Source of the DNA: the human T2T-CHM13v2.0 reference genome, Homo sapiens
Reading direction: 5' to 3' (one strand)
DNA length: 64,000 nucleotides
Assembly: GCF_009914755.1 (NCBI RefSeq)
Contig: NC_060927.1
A program made the position numbers and the translations under genes. The notes under the pieces were generated by a model. The model was not told the DNA's origin. It worked only from the letters and a program-made list of their open reading frames with translations, and made no database searches. Numbering within the stretch: position 1 is the stretch's first letter; each line of letters starts with the position of its first letter. Shown here in pieces: positions 28,321 to 41,556 of this stretch.

Positions 28321-30267
28321 CTGCCATGAGGAGCTCACAGTGTAGGGAAGTTAATGCCCAATGGGATAGTAAGCACAAGTGTCTTGTTTTAAAGGTGTAT
28401 AAACTAAGACTCCTTCATCAACTGGTTGATGAAAGAGCTGGACTAGGGCTTCTGCCTTGATGCCTTCTGCAGAACTCAGCAGAGGGCTTTGCTCAAAGTG
28501 GGCCCCCAATGAGGATGTTTTGCATGATTAAGTAAATGCCTGAGCAAAAGCAGAGAGACCATAAAAACACAACACAATTAACAATGGAGAGTTCTAAAAA
28601 TAGGTCTAATGAATAGACATTTCTCAAAAGAAGATATACGAATAGCCAACAAACATGGAAAAAAATGCTTAACATCACTAATCATCAAGGAAATGTAAAT
28701 TGAAACCACAAATCGATACTACCTCACTCCTACAGGAATGGCTATAATTAGAAAGTCAAAAAACAATAGATATTGGCATTAATGTGGTAAAAAGGGAATA
28801 CTTTTACACTGCTGGTAGAAATGTAAATTAGTACAACTTATATGGAAAATAGTATGGGGATTCCTTAAAGAACTGAAAGTAGATCTTCCATTTGATCCAG
28901 CAATCCCACTGCTAGGTATCTACCCAAAGGAAAAGAAGTCATTATATGAGCTATTCCAAACAATTGAAAAGGAGGGACTCCTCCCTAACTCATTTGATGA
29001 GACCAGCATCATCCTGATACCAAAACCTGGCAGAGCTATAACAAAAAAAGAAAACTTCAGGCCAATATCACTGATGAACATCAATGTAAAAATCCTCAGT
29101 AAAATACTGGCAAACGAAATCCAGCAGCACATCAGAAAGCCTATCCACCATGATCAAGTAGGCTTCATCCCTGGAATGCAAGGCTGGTTCAACATACACA
29201 AACCAATGAATGTAATTCATCACATAAACAGAACTAAAGACAAAAACCAAATGATTATCTCAATAGACACAGAAAAGGCCTTCAGTAAAATTCAACACCC
29301 CTTCATGTTAAAAACTCTCAATAAACTAGTATTGAAGGAACATACCTCAAAATAATGAGAGCCATTTATGACAAACCCACAGCCAATATCATACTGAATG
29401 GGCAAAAACCTGGAAGCATTCCCCTTGAACACCAGCAGAAGACAAGGATGCCCTCTCTCACCACTCCTATTGAACATAGTATTGGAAGTTCAGGCCAGGG
29501 CAATCAGGCAAGAGAAAGAAATAAAGCGTACTCAAATAGGAACAGAGGAAGTCAAATTGTCTTTGTTTGCAGATGACATGATCCTATATCTAGAAAACCT
29601 CATTACCTCAGCCCCAAAGCTTCTTAAGCTGATAAGCAACTTCAGCAAAGTCTCAGGATGCAAAATCAATGTGCAAAAATAACAAGCATTCCTATACACC
29701 AACAATAGACAAGCAGCCAAATCATGAATGAACTCCCATTCACAATTGCTACAAAGAGAATAAAATACCTAGGAATACAGCTAACAAGGGAAGTGAAGGA
29801 CCTCTTCAAGGAGAAATAGAAACCATTGCTCAAGAAAATCAGAGAGGACACAAACAATGGAGAAACATTTCATGTTCATGGATAGAAAGAACTAATATCA
29901 TGAAAATGGCCACACTGACCAAAGTAATTTATAGATTCAATGCTATTTTCTTCAAACTACTATTGACATCCATCACAAAATTAGAAAAAAATATTTTATA
30001 ATTCATATGGAACCAAAAAAGAGCCCATATAGCCGAGAAAATCCTAAGCAAAAAGAACAAAGCTGGAGACATCATGCTACCTGACTTCAAACTATACTAC
30101 AAGGCTACAGTAACCAAAACAGCAAGGTACTGCTACAAAAACAGACACCTAGACCAATGGAGCAGAATAAAGAACTCAGAAATAAGACCACACATCTACA
30201 ACCATCTGATCTTTGACAAATCTGACAAAAACAAGCAATGGGGAAAGGATTCCTTATTAATAAATGA

Positions 30268-30369
<102 letters not shown>

Positions 30370-30637
30370 TAACCCAAAACTATAAAAACCCTCAAAGAAA
30401 ACCTAGGCGATACCATTCAAGATATAGACACAGGCAAAGATTTCATGATGAAAACATCAAAAGCAATTGCAACAAAAGCAAAAATTGACAAACGGGATCT
30501 AATTAAACTAAAGAAAGAGCTTCTGCACAGCAAAATAAACTATCATCAGAGTGAATAGACAACCTACAGAACCAGAGAAAATTTTTGTAACCTATCTATC
30601 TGAGAAAGGTCTAATATCCAGAGTCTACAAGGAACTT

Positions 30638-30836
30638 CTATTCTAGTTCTTGCTTGTAAGCATGGGGGAAAGGATTAATGTGGAATTTGGTCTGATATGT
30701 ACTATGGACACTCAAGCAATTATAGTACTATGTAATATTCATGGTGGCTAGCAGTAATGCACGATATACATGGAATTGTCGTAGGGGGGTGGGTCGATAC
30801 TTGGGTAGTACCCAAAATTGCCTCCTCATGAAAATA
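30638..30836 (-). other. Mitochondrial control-region (HVS1/ETAS) fragment within the NUMT
   Basis: Reverse complement contains tttgggtactacccaagtat, cattactgctagccaccatgaatatt and ccccatgcttacaagcaag, near-identical to conserved human HVS1 blocks. Confidence 0.93.
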
Positions 30837-30904
30837 CAGAGAGTAGTTTAAATTAGAATCTTAGCTTTGGGCGCTGATGGTAAAGTCAAGTACTTTTTCT
30901 CTGA
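30837..30904 (+). pseudogene. MT-TP: Nuclear pseudo-copy of mitochondrial tRNA-Pro (TGG)
   Basis: cagagagtagtttaaattagaatcttagctttgggcgctgatggtaaagtcaagtactttttctctga; 68 nt; anticodon TGG at 30868-30870. Confidence 0.93.
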
Positions 30905-30906
30905 GT

Positions 30907-30972
30907 TGCCCTTGGAAGGAGGTCTTCATTTCTGGCTTATAAGGCCGGTGTATTGGTTTATACTACAAGGGC
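30907..30972 (-). pseudogene. MT-TT: Nuclear pseudo-copy of mitochondrial tRNA-Thr, anticodon changed TGT>TAT
   Basis: Reverse complement gcccttgtagtataaaccaatacaccggccttataagccagaaatgaagacctccttccaagggca; 66 nt; acceptor stem GCCCTTG/CAAGGGC. Confidence 0.93.
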
Positions 30973-31051
30973 AGGTTCATTTGAGTATCTTATTTTCGAT
31001 TAAGGAGGCGGTTGGTATGAGGATTAGAATTGTAGTAAAGTATAATACGGA
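30973..31051 (-). pseudogene. MT-CYB: Nuclear fragment of the mitochondrial cytochrome b 3' end
   Basis: Vertebrate mitochondrial code gives [26 protein letters not shown] followed by the incomplete T stop abutting tRNA-Thr. Confidence 0.95.
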
Positions 31052-33728
31052 AACAAATTTACAAGAAAAAAAAACCCCATTAAAAAGAGGGCAAAGGACA
31101 TGAACAGACACATCTCAAAAGACATTTATGTGACCAACAAACATTTGAAAAAAAGCTCAACATCACTGATCATTAGAGAAATGCAAATCAAAACCATAAT
31201 GAGATACCACCTCACACCAGTCAGAAAGGTGATTATTAAAAAGTTATGAAACAACAGATACTGGCGAGGCTACAGAGAGATAGGAATGCTTTCACATTGT
31301 TGGTGGGAATGTAAATTAGTTCAACCATTGTGGAAGATGGGGTGATGATTCATCAAAGACCTAGAACCAGAAATACCATTTGACCCAGCAATCTCATTAC
31401 TGGGCATATACCCAAAGGAATATAAATCAATCTATTATAAAGATACATGCATGTGCATGTTCATTACAGCACTATTCGCAATAGCAGATATATGGAATCA
31501 ACCCAAATGCCCACCAACGTGATAGACGGGATAAAGAAAATGTGGTACATATACACCATGGAATACTAGGCAGCCATGAAAAAAATGAGATCATGTCTTT
31601 TGCAGGGACATGGATGGAACTAGAAGCCATTATCCTCAGCAAACTAATGCAGGAACAGAAAACCAAACTCATAGGTGGGAGTTAAACAATGAGAACACAT
31701 GGACACAGGGAGGGGAACAACACACACTCGGGCCTGTTGGCGGGGGAGTGGGGAAAGGGAGAGCATCAGGAAAAATAGCTAATGCATGCTGGACTTAATA
31801 CTTAGGTGATGGGTGGATAGGTACAGCAAATCACCATGGCACACATTTACCTATGTAACAAACCTGCACTTCCTACACATGTATCCTGCAACTTAAAATA
31901 AAATTATAATTAAAGTTATAAAAGAAGTCATTATGTAAAAAAGACACACGCACACGCATGTGTATAGCAGCACAATTCACATTGCAAAGATATGGAACCA
32001 ACGTAAGTGCACATCAACCAATGAGCAGATAAAGAAAATGTGGTATATATATATACCATGGAATACTACTGAGCTAAAAAATGAGTGAAATAATGTCTTT
32101 TGCAACAACTTGGATGGAGCTGGAGGCCATTATTCTAAGTGAAGTAACTCAGGAATGAAAAACCAAATACCATATGTTCTCACTTATAAATGGGAGCTAA
32201 GCTAAGAGGACACAAAGACATATAGAGTGATACAATGAACTTTGGAGATTCAGGGTTGGGAGAGGTTGCAGGGGAAGGGATAAAAGACTACACACTGGGT
32301 ACAATGTACATTGTTCTAGTGACGGTGCATTAAAATCTCAGAATTCACCACCATAGAATCCATCCATGTAACCAAAACCCACTTGTACCCTAAGAGCTAC
32401 TGACATTTAAAAAAATAAATAAATAAAAATATGTCTAATTTGTTTCCTGTGACTGATTTTGAGATCCCAAAAAAGCATATGAGAAAATATGTAACTATAA
32501 AAGAAGATAGTCCTTCATCCCATAGCAATAAACTTCCACATAAGTGTTAAGATACAAATCTTACTGTCTTATAGCTCTGCCTTCAACATGATGGAACACA
32601 AGTGTCCTGGCACATTGATGTGCATGCAGACAGGTGTATGTGCTCCATATTGTTGCAGATAAAAATAGCTCACAAGCTTGGAAAAACAATCTGCTTTAAT
32701 CCTTGGATTTTGGAAAAACACTTGTAGCCAAGAGCAGAATCTCATTTTTGAAGATAATTGGCATTTCCCCCTCAACCACAAATATTTCAAATATTTAAAT
32801 AAGCTTGATAGCATGCAGAGACAACTCCTCAGGCCCAAGTCCTTGTGACCATGGGAATTCGATCTTTCTCCTTTATCTCTTTCTACCCTCTCAGAGCTTT
32901 CGGGTGCTGTGATAGAATCTGTAGGATTATCAAGATTTAAAAAAAATAAGCTACTTAGCTATCAGGCAAAAAAAAAAGTCATTATGCCTTCTTTTTTGAG
33001 GTAAAGAGCAAGATAGGAAATATTTTTTATTAAAAAACTGGCAAGAGGAAAGCTAGTTGACTGATGAAGTTTCCAACCGTGTGGGTAACCTGTTTAGCTA
33101 GGACCAGATGGTTGAGAGAGCTGATAATGAAATACAATGTCTTCTCTATCTAGGTCAGCACTGAATCCAGCCTAGGTCACAAATAACAGACAGTTGTTTG
33201 GCCAGATGCGTGTTCAGAGGCTGATGGAAATGAAAGGATGTCCTGGAACACGGACATATCTGAATTTGGTTCTAATTTGGCTCCTTTTTTGGCAGCCTTC
33301 GGTTCTGAGTTCTCAGATGGAGTTGTAGTGGAAGAAAAGCTTTCTGTACAGGACAGGTCTATAATTGTGGTTCTGTTCCAAAAGATTATAGCATATCATT
33401 GACTTTCCAGAAATTTGAAGAAAAACATAGTGTCCACCATGAACTAGAATGTAGGGAATCCCCTCAGATACAGTAGACAAGAGTGTAAGTTATTACAACT
33501 TTTCTATAGGTTATTTGACCATATATATCAAAAACTTCTAAAAACTTGCAAAGCATTTGCCTAGTATTCTACTTCTAGGAGTTTATTCTAAGGCAATAAT
33601 CAAGAATGTGCCATAAGATCTTGTTTTTAACAATCATTTAAAAACTAGAGCAGCATATTAATCTTATCGCTCAATAAGAGGGGATTTTTTTAAAAATGGT
33701 GATGCAATGGGATATCTTCAGCCATTAA

Positions 33729-34113
<385 letters not shown>

Positions 34114-34984
34114 GACTTCTCCTTTTAAAAAAAGCTTTATATACACACATATGTATATATATAATACATATATATAGTGCTTAAAAAATAAATTAAAAGT
34201 TAGCCACGATTAACCCTGGGAAATAGAAAAACAGGCAATTTTTGTTTCCTTTTAAAAATTATCTATTTTCTAAACTTTTTATAGCAAACAAGTGTTTACT
34301 TGTATGTTTTTTGTTGAAATGATATTTAAAAACAGAAATTAAGAGTTTTTCAGAAGGATTTGACTTAGCAGCCAAAAGGCAAGACGGTGGAGGTGTAGTT
34401 CAGGGAAGAAAGGAGGTCTGTGAAAGGAAGAGGTGACCAAGATTCTGTCCTCTCTCACGGGAACTGTGCTTCTAAGGAAGTCAGCCCCAAACTCCCATGG
34501 AATGACTTTGCTGTGGAATTAAGAAGCCTCTATGGTCTTTCCACAGCAACACAGAGACATCTGTGTTTTCAGAACTTCCAGGCTGCTCTCAGCCGGCTCC
34601 CTAAGGAGAAACCTTCCCCTCTGAGTGTTGGGGTGGAGTGAGCAGCTCCCAGGCAGGAACAAAATCAGGCCACCTGTCCCTTTTTAAAAATGCTCTTCTT
34701 GGCTTATTTCTCATCCTCAGTGATTTAAACATTAAATTTTCTAATCCCCCAAGAAGGTTCTTTGAAAATATGAAAAGAACCCATATAATCTGTCAAGAGA
34801 GAATAGATCCAGTAAAAGGAGACTTCTTCTCAGCTTTGTTGGTTTCAGGTATTATCTCCTGACAACAGATGTCTCAGACTGGGGGGCTAGGCATGGCAGG
34901 GGAGCAGGTGTGTGGGGTTGGACAGGACCCAGCTCTGTGGCTGATGCCCCTTTTCCTCTTTGGTCCTCTGAGGCCTGCAATAAA

Positions 34985-34986
<2 letters not shown>

Positions 34987-35040
<54 letters not shown>
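34987..35040 (+). repeat. Compound microsatellite (TC)18(AC)9
   Basis: Read directly from the sequence. Confidence 0.95.
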
Positions 35041-35045
<5 letters not shown>

Positions 35046-35639
35046 AGCACAAGCATGTTCTCAAAAGAGAGTGCAGCAGTCAAACCGAGAATGAGTAAGT
35101 CCACTCCAGAATGCTAACATCAGCTCAAAACCCAAGTAAGCCAGCAGCCCAGCCTTGGTTTTCAAGACACCCAGGTAAAAGGAGAGCTGAGATGATGTAC
35201 ATAGTTTCCGTGCAACAGGCTCCTGGCCTCCTCCATGGCAGAGTGTGGAGTCAAGAAGACATATGTGTTTAGAGGTGACCATGCCTACAGCTGAGAGACC
35301 TACAATAGACCAATGCAGCTGTCCCCTGGCCAGACTCTGCTTACCACCTCTTGGTGCCACAGGGAAAGGGGCTTTGGGAACACACAGGGCTGATCCTAAA
35401 GAACTTAGAGGCCAATAGCACACTTTATGGAGCTGCTTTGGATTCAGTTACATAAATTCTTGGAATCTTAGTGCTTTGTTTGTAAAGTGGAAATGAGACC
35501 ATAAACCCAGGGAAGTTGTAAGGATTAACTGAAGCGATTCAGCCAGAGCATCTAGAAGTGTCTCATGTAAAAGGTTTACAGTACTTGGACTGAAAAAGAC
35601 TTTCGGAGTCCTATCTTCTGACCTAACTTTCCAGTGCCG

Positions 35640-36060
35640 AAGATTGCAAATCCTCTATCCCAATATTAGTTTTCCCTATCTAAACTGGGTAAACAGCTCC
35701 CTGGAATAAAGACCACGTTTTCTAGCCTCTCTTGTAGTTAGGTATGGCCATGAGACTATGTTCTGGCCACTGGGATATAAATGGGAGTGCCAATATACAG
35801 CTTCTGTTACTGGAAAGAGTGGGCCTCCTCACTCCTCCTCTTTCCCCAGGGCCAGAATATAACTTGATGGCCAAAGCTTAAATAGTCAAATAGTCACATT
35901 GACCCACGAAGTGAGAATGACAGAACAACAAGACAGAAGGACAGAAGGAGGCCGAGTTCCTGACAACTTCACCATTGCCACATCATTCCCTACCTCTGGA
36001 TTCTGTTACATGAAGAAAACATAAACTTCTGTGTTTTTAAAGCCACTGTTGTTTTGAATT
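35640..36060 (+). mobile_element. MaLR LTR (MLT1J-like)
   Basis: tagcctctcttgtagttaggtatggccatgagactatgttctggcc; ataaacttctgtgtttttaaagccactg. Confidence 0.7.
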
Positions 36061-36899
36061 TTCACCTCATTTAAACATCACTCATGCTGTATTTAAAGCT
36101 GACTTTTTTTGGTCTCACTGTCTGTGAAAACAATGACTAGCAGCTTACCATCCTGATAGCCCACTTTCATATTTGTGAAATCTCCTGCCAAATGCCTCCT
36201 CCCACTTGCAGCATCATATATTACACAGTCTCCCCTGCTCCCCATCTTGTCTGTCTCCATCTTGTTTATAGCAAGTCCTGCCCACCCTAAAGTATTTCCC
36301 TGCTGAAACAGGGATCTTCTGCTGGGCACTCACCAGAGTCACCAAATCTATTTGAACATTCAAAAAAGATTAAGTTTATAAGAGAGGAAGTAAATGCACA
36401 CTTCAGGGAGTGGGGAATGGAGATGGTATTCTAAGGTCTTTAAACTGCAACATTTCAGAGATGTTTTTAAAGATCCAGAAAGATTTGTTTGTAAACTTTT
36501 GGGAATGATTTTTTTCCTTTAAATAGAAGATTAATTTTAGTCTCCCATTTCCTGTTTCTTTCTGTTTATTTTATGATGAGTGACCCTGATATGATGTTTG
36601 TTTTGTACTAATTTTATTTCCTAAAGATTTTTATCTCTGACAGTGTTTTGCACCCCAAAAAAAGTTATTTTATTGGCTATGATTTCTTTGGGGCAGTTTA
36701 TTTCCTTGCTAGAAAAAATATCTCATGATTTGTTTTGGTGGTTGCTGATGGTATGTGGCTGAATGTGTAAGTGTGTGTGTCAAAAGATGTATATGTATTT
36801 TTATATATAGAGGGAGAGATATATAAAGCATTATATATATATTTTATGTGCCAAGTGACAGTTGTCATGATATATATATAAAACATAAAATATACATAT

Positions 36900-37465
36900 A
36901 AAACAAAATTTATCATTTTCAAGTGTAGAGTTCAGTGGTATTTACACTCATATTGTTGTATAACCATTACCACCATCCACCTCCAGAACTTTTCTATCTT
37001 CCCCAACTGATACTCCATACCCATTAAAAAATAACTCTTCATTCTTCACTCCTCCAGTTCCCAGCAACCATCATTCTACTTTTTGTCTCTGTGAATTTGT
37101 GTATTCTAGGTACCTCATAAAAGTGTAATAATATGGTATTTGTCCCTTTTGGATTGGCTTATTTCACTTAGCATAATGTCCTCAGGGCTCACCCATGTTG
37201 TAGCATGTGTCAAAATTTCCTATCTTTTTAAGGCTGAATAGTATTCCATTGTATGTATATACCACATTTTATTTATCTCTTCATCCATTGACAGTCACTT
37301 GAGTTGCTTTCTACATTTTGGCTATTGTGAATAATGCTGTTATGGGTGTACAAGTATCTCTTTGAGACCCTGCTTTAAATTCTTTTAGGTATGTACCTAG
37401 AAATGGAATTGCTGAATCACATGACAACTCTACATTTAATTTTTTGATGATACCTCATATTGTTA
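36900..37465 (-). mobile_element. L1MB 3' fragment
   Basis: ccatccacctccagaactttt; ggcttatttcacttagcataatgtcctc. Confidence 0.85.
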
Positions 37466-38851
37466 AGGATTACTTCAGAGTTAGAGCGAGTGAGTCAGAG
37501 TCAGAGTCACTTCAGAGTCAGAGTGAGGGTACACTTATTCCAGTAGTGAGTAAAACAATGGTTCCAAAACCAAATTATGCAACAGAATTACTTGGGAACT
37601 CTTAAATACAAATCCTTGAATGCCCCACTCCCCACTATCCAGTGAGATTATCTGTGGAGGAGCTTGGCATTTGGAACTTTAACAAGTTTTCCATGCCACT
37701 CATCTGTGGCGTGTCCTTTGGGCCCATTGAGGAGAAGAAGAAGGGTTCTAGCTGCCCTGTATGTCTCCTATACACACTGACACAGAGAAAAGCTTTGTGT
37801 AGACACTGGGTCACACTCTGTCAAGATCGCTATGCATTGTAGAATTTTTTTGTAAGAGCGTGAAGGAGCAAGGAAAGCCTTCTCTGTGGCTTTGTGGAGA
37901 ACCACAATAATACCTCTCACCTTTGGAGATTCACAGTTGCTTAAGGGCTGGTTGTCCTTGTTAATCTCTCAGGGGTGGACAGAGATGCTTCCTCAGGGAG
38001 TTTTTTACATGCACAATTCCTGATCGATCCTGTTTGTCACTCTCCAGTATCAAAGGCTTCTATCTGACAATGCCTTGGGTCAAGACTTGTCATAGGTGAT
38101 TGGCCTTCCTTCTACCCAGCCTACTGGAGCTTTTACCTCTAACAGGATTTCCTGGTTCAACGGATTATGGCAAGGGTGTCAGGGTCACTTGGCACAAAGC
38201 ATGACAACTCTGTGCAAGATGGAAGATCTGTGTCTGCCTATATCCCCACAGCCTGAGCTTATGGGAATGCTTATAAACCTCTGTGGATTCTCCAGGACAG
38301 ACACCATTCACAAGGAGTGTGCACCAGGGTATTTTCTTTAAATAAGATATTTTTTAAAGTTTTGTTTTATAGTTTGGTATTGGTATAAAGTCATTCATAT
38401 GGAGCTTAATTTGGAAATGATGAAAAATAAAATCATTCCAAACCCACTCCCAGACTCTGCCATTTTAGTGAATTTCCTTCTTGTCTTTTTCTCTGCATAG
38501 TTTTTTGTTTGCTGACTTACTATATCATAAGTTTCTCCCCATGTTATTATAGACTCACAAGCACATTTCAGTGGGTACATGGATCTGCCATAATTTACTT
38601 AACTGTTTCCCTAATGTTTAACATTTTTCCATTGTTTCCAAATTTTCTGTACTGAAAATAGTACTGGAATGCACATGTTCAGGCAGAAAGCCTTTTACAA
38701 ATTGTTTTCTTGGGGCAGAGTCTAAGAAGTGGAATTATTAAGTCAAGGTCATGAACATATTAAGGTCTTTGATATGTAGCCCATCTAATTTATGAAAGGA
38801 TTGGTGTCCAGTTGTACCCATTAGCAATGTATAAAAGTGGACAGCATTATA

Positions 38852-39035
38852 TGGATTTTAAATCAGCAATTTTGCCCTCAGGGAATATTTGGCAATGTTT
38901 GGAGGCATTTTCAGTTTTGCAGCTAGAGGTATACTGTTGGCATCTGGCGGGCAGATCCTGCAATGCACATTACAGTTATACACAGAAAGAATTATCCGTC
39001 CCTGAATGTCAACAGTACCAAGGTTGAGAAACTCT
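38852..39035 (+). mobile_element. MER20
   Basis: attttgccctcagggaatatttggcaatgtttggaggcatttt...ccaaggttgagaaactctg. Confidence 0.8.
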
Positions 39036-39509
39036 GCTCTAACTATTAGTTGGCTCACAATCCTCTTTAAAAAATAGAGAATCTTAGTCTAATTTCAGGG
39101 CTCAGTTGTCACTTATTTCTTCCCTCAGTGTCATATGATGTCAATGTTGAACACTGGCATAGCACCAGCTTAATGTGTTCTTGTTCAGAATTGGCACTCT
39201 GTTCCAGAATCCAATCTCCCATTGACCAGCCCAAGGTACCACTAAAGCATCCCTTCTTCTGATACCCTGGGAGTTCTCACCAGTCAGCTGTCAGTGGCTC
39301 TCAGTCCACACCACTTGCACCCATCAGAAATGTCCTAACACAATTGCACTTCAAAAAGGGGGATCCAGGTGTCCAGATTTTGAGAAGTGTTCTGGAATCC
39401 AATGTAAATTTGTCCACATGTCCGCCATCCCAAACCTACAGTAGCCCCTGTACAACATACTGAAACCCTAGGATTTTGAGAACAAAATTTAAAAATCACT
39501 GCTTTAATC

Positions 39510-39970
39510 TGTGGTAGTAACAGCTAGCTCCTCCCAATGTCTATACTCCCTTTCCTCCATGGTAACTGAATCCTCAATTTTTAGCTGATCAATAGCATCT
39601 CAGAGTATATATCTCAATTTCCAGATTCTCTGGCAGCTATCCAGTGGATTATAAGTGAAGGTGTTGAGTGTGACTCTGATGGTACCTTTTCAGAGAGGAG
39701 ACATGCCCTTTTTCACTAAAAGCAGAAATGTTGGCTTCATGGCTTGAGCTAGAGTGACCATCTTAGACCAGGAAGTGGAAGCCATGTTTGGAAGATGGCA
39801 GAGCAACAAGATAGAGGGAGCTTGGGTCCTTGATGATCATGGAGTAACTGTACCAGCCCTGCATGGTTTACCACCAGGCTTCACTTATGTGAGAGGGAAA
39901 TAACCCTAGGCTTAATTTAAGTCACTGTTATTTTGGTTCTGTTACGATTGAGCCTAATCCTAATTCATAC
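39510..39970 (+). mobile_element. MaLR LTR (MLT1J/K-like)
   Basis: gatggcagagcaacaagatagagggagcttgggtccttgatga; atttaagtcactgttattttgg. Confidence 0.7.
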
Positions 39971-41556
39971 ATAATCCAACTCCCTCATTTGAAAGATAAA
40001 AATGGAGGCTGGAATTGACTATATCAGGCTTGGTTCATGGTACCTTTTCTATCAGCTCTCTTGGAGTTTGCTGAATAGGTTAAAAAATGTGTGAATCGTT
40101 TAAAGAAAATGGTGTATTTTGAGATATCTTAATACAAAGACTAGAATTTGGAGTAAAGCATAGGTTTCAGAATACATGCGGTGAAATTTGGGGCACAATC
40201 AAGAAAGAGAAAATAAAACATCAGCACTCATTTTTCAGGCTTAGATCTTCTGAATCTGGGAGTAGTTATAGCTCTAACGACACCCTTAGTGATGTAATGA
40301 TCCATTTTTAGCAATTGGCATGTCTGAACACAGAGACTGTTTATAGAGCTGCGTAATTAGTAGATACTTCATGGAAATGATTGTTGTTGGTTCAATTATT
40401 CTTTAATAGATTGGATAGATCAAGAGACTGCTCTAGAAGGAGAATCAACCTTTCTTTTCTCCTCATCAGGATAAGAGAACAATCATAATTTATTAAGATT
40501 ATCTCCTCGGTTTCATTTTGCTCACAAAGGAAATATATGCGCCTTCTTAAAATATACAGATTTCTTTCCCTGAGGGTCTAGCAGGTAAAGAAAAAAGATA
40601 CTTGGCATTCCATTGAGTTAGAAAAAAGCTGTCTGCACATCGCCTAAGCAACCAGTCACTCAGGACAATTCTGCCAAAACACTAGATTCTGTGAAAAATT
40701 CATCAGCCTGGTGATTTGACATCCATGGCCTTCTGCTTGCACCTCCCAATTGAGTAACTGAATTTCTCCTTTTCTACTGCCTGTGTTAGCTTTCTATAGA
40801 TCCTGCTGCAGGTAAAGCTTTGATTTCATAGAGGAAGTCATCTATCTTTAAAACTCCCCACTGGGTGTCTTGACTCATCATCATCAGAAAATTCTCTGCA
40901 GAAATGAGGTTCAATTGCCTAGTGGAGCCTGGAAGGCCAGACAAAACCCAGTCCATTGGATGAGAAGAAAGAATTTGAAAGATGATCATTAATTGGCATT
41001 CTCCGTTTACTTCTTTCCAGTGCCTAGAAAATGGTTTTTCTTGGCTCTAAGACTAAATGGAGTGAACACCTGGTCCAGATTTGCTTGAGCCTTCTTCTCT
41101 AAGCTACTAATTCCCAACAGAAAATATGCTCACACCACATAGCCTTACACCAAAGGGAAGGAAAAGCTTCCATTTATCCTGTCTCTTTGATTTCATTTCA
41201 GCCTCTGGGAGGCCAAGTCAGTCCACACAAGCCTCATCAGGTGATTCATAGCAGCAGAAAACACTTTGGCCTGAATGACTGCACCATTATCAAAGTGCAA
41301 CAGAACGGTGGCAGCAGCCTTTTGAGTAGGTCTCTGTGTTTCTGAAGGATATTTGCGTTGTACAAGAGAAACTCAGAGCTGCACCAAGATTCAACCTGCA
41401 GAACGTGGCCTTTCTATGCCAAGTTACTCTTCTCATCTGGGACTGGCCTACTTTCATACTGCCTCCTCTTCTCATACCCGCTAATCTAGCTAGTTCCAAT
41501 TTCTCATAAGCTGCCACACCCTGATTCTATCTGTTGGTTTAATCCCTCACTTCAAT

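Larger units (their letters stand above)
30638..31050 (-). other. NUMT: nuclear copy of mtDNA (approx. rCRS 15810-16220; CYTB end, tRNA-Thr, tRNA-Pro, control region)
   Basis: Reverse complement reads in mitochondrial gene order; L1 ORF2 sequence gaactt|aaacaaatttacaag rejoins exactly across it. Confidence 0.97.

Noticed and set aside
30837-30972. Functional tRNA genes
   Set aside because: Mitochondrial-type tRNAs in a nuclear insert with no evident Pol III context; Thr anticodon mutated
30867-31103. 78-aa plus-strand ORF crossing the NUMT-L1 junction
   Set aside because: Non-ATG start, antisense to CYTB and tRNA-Thr, no promoter or splice support
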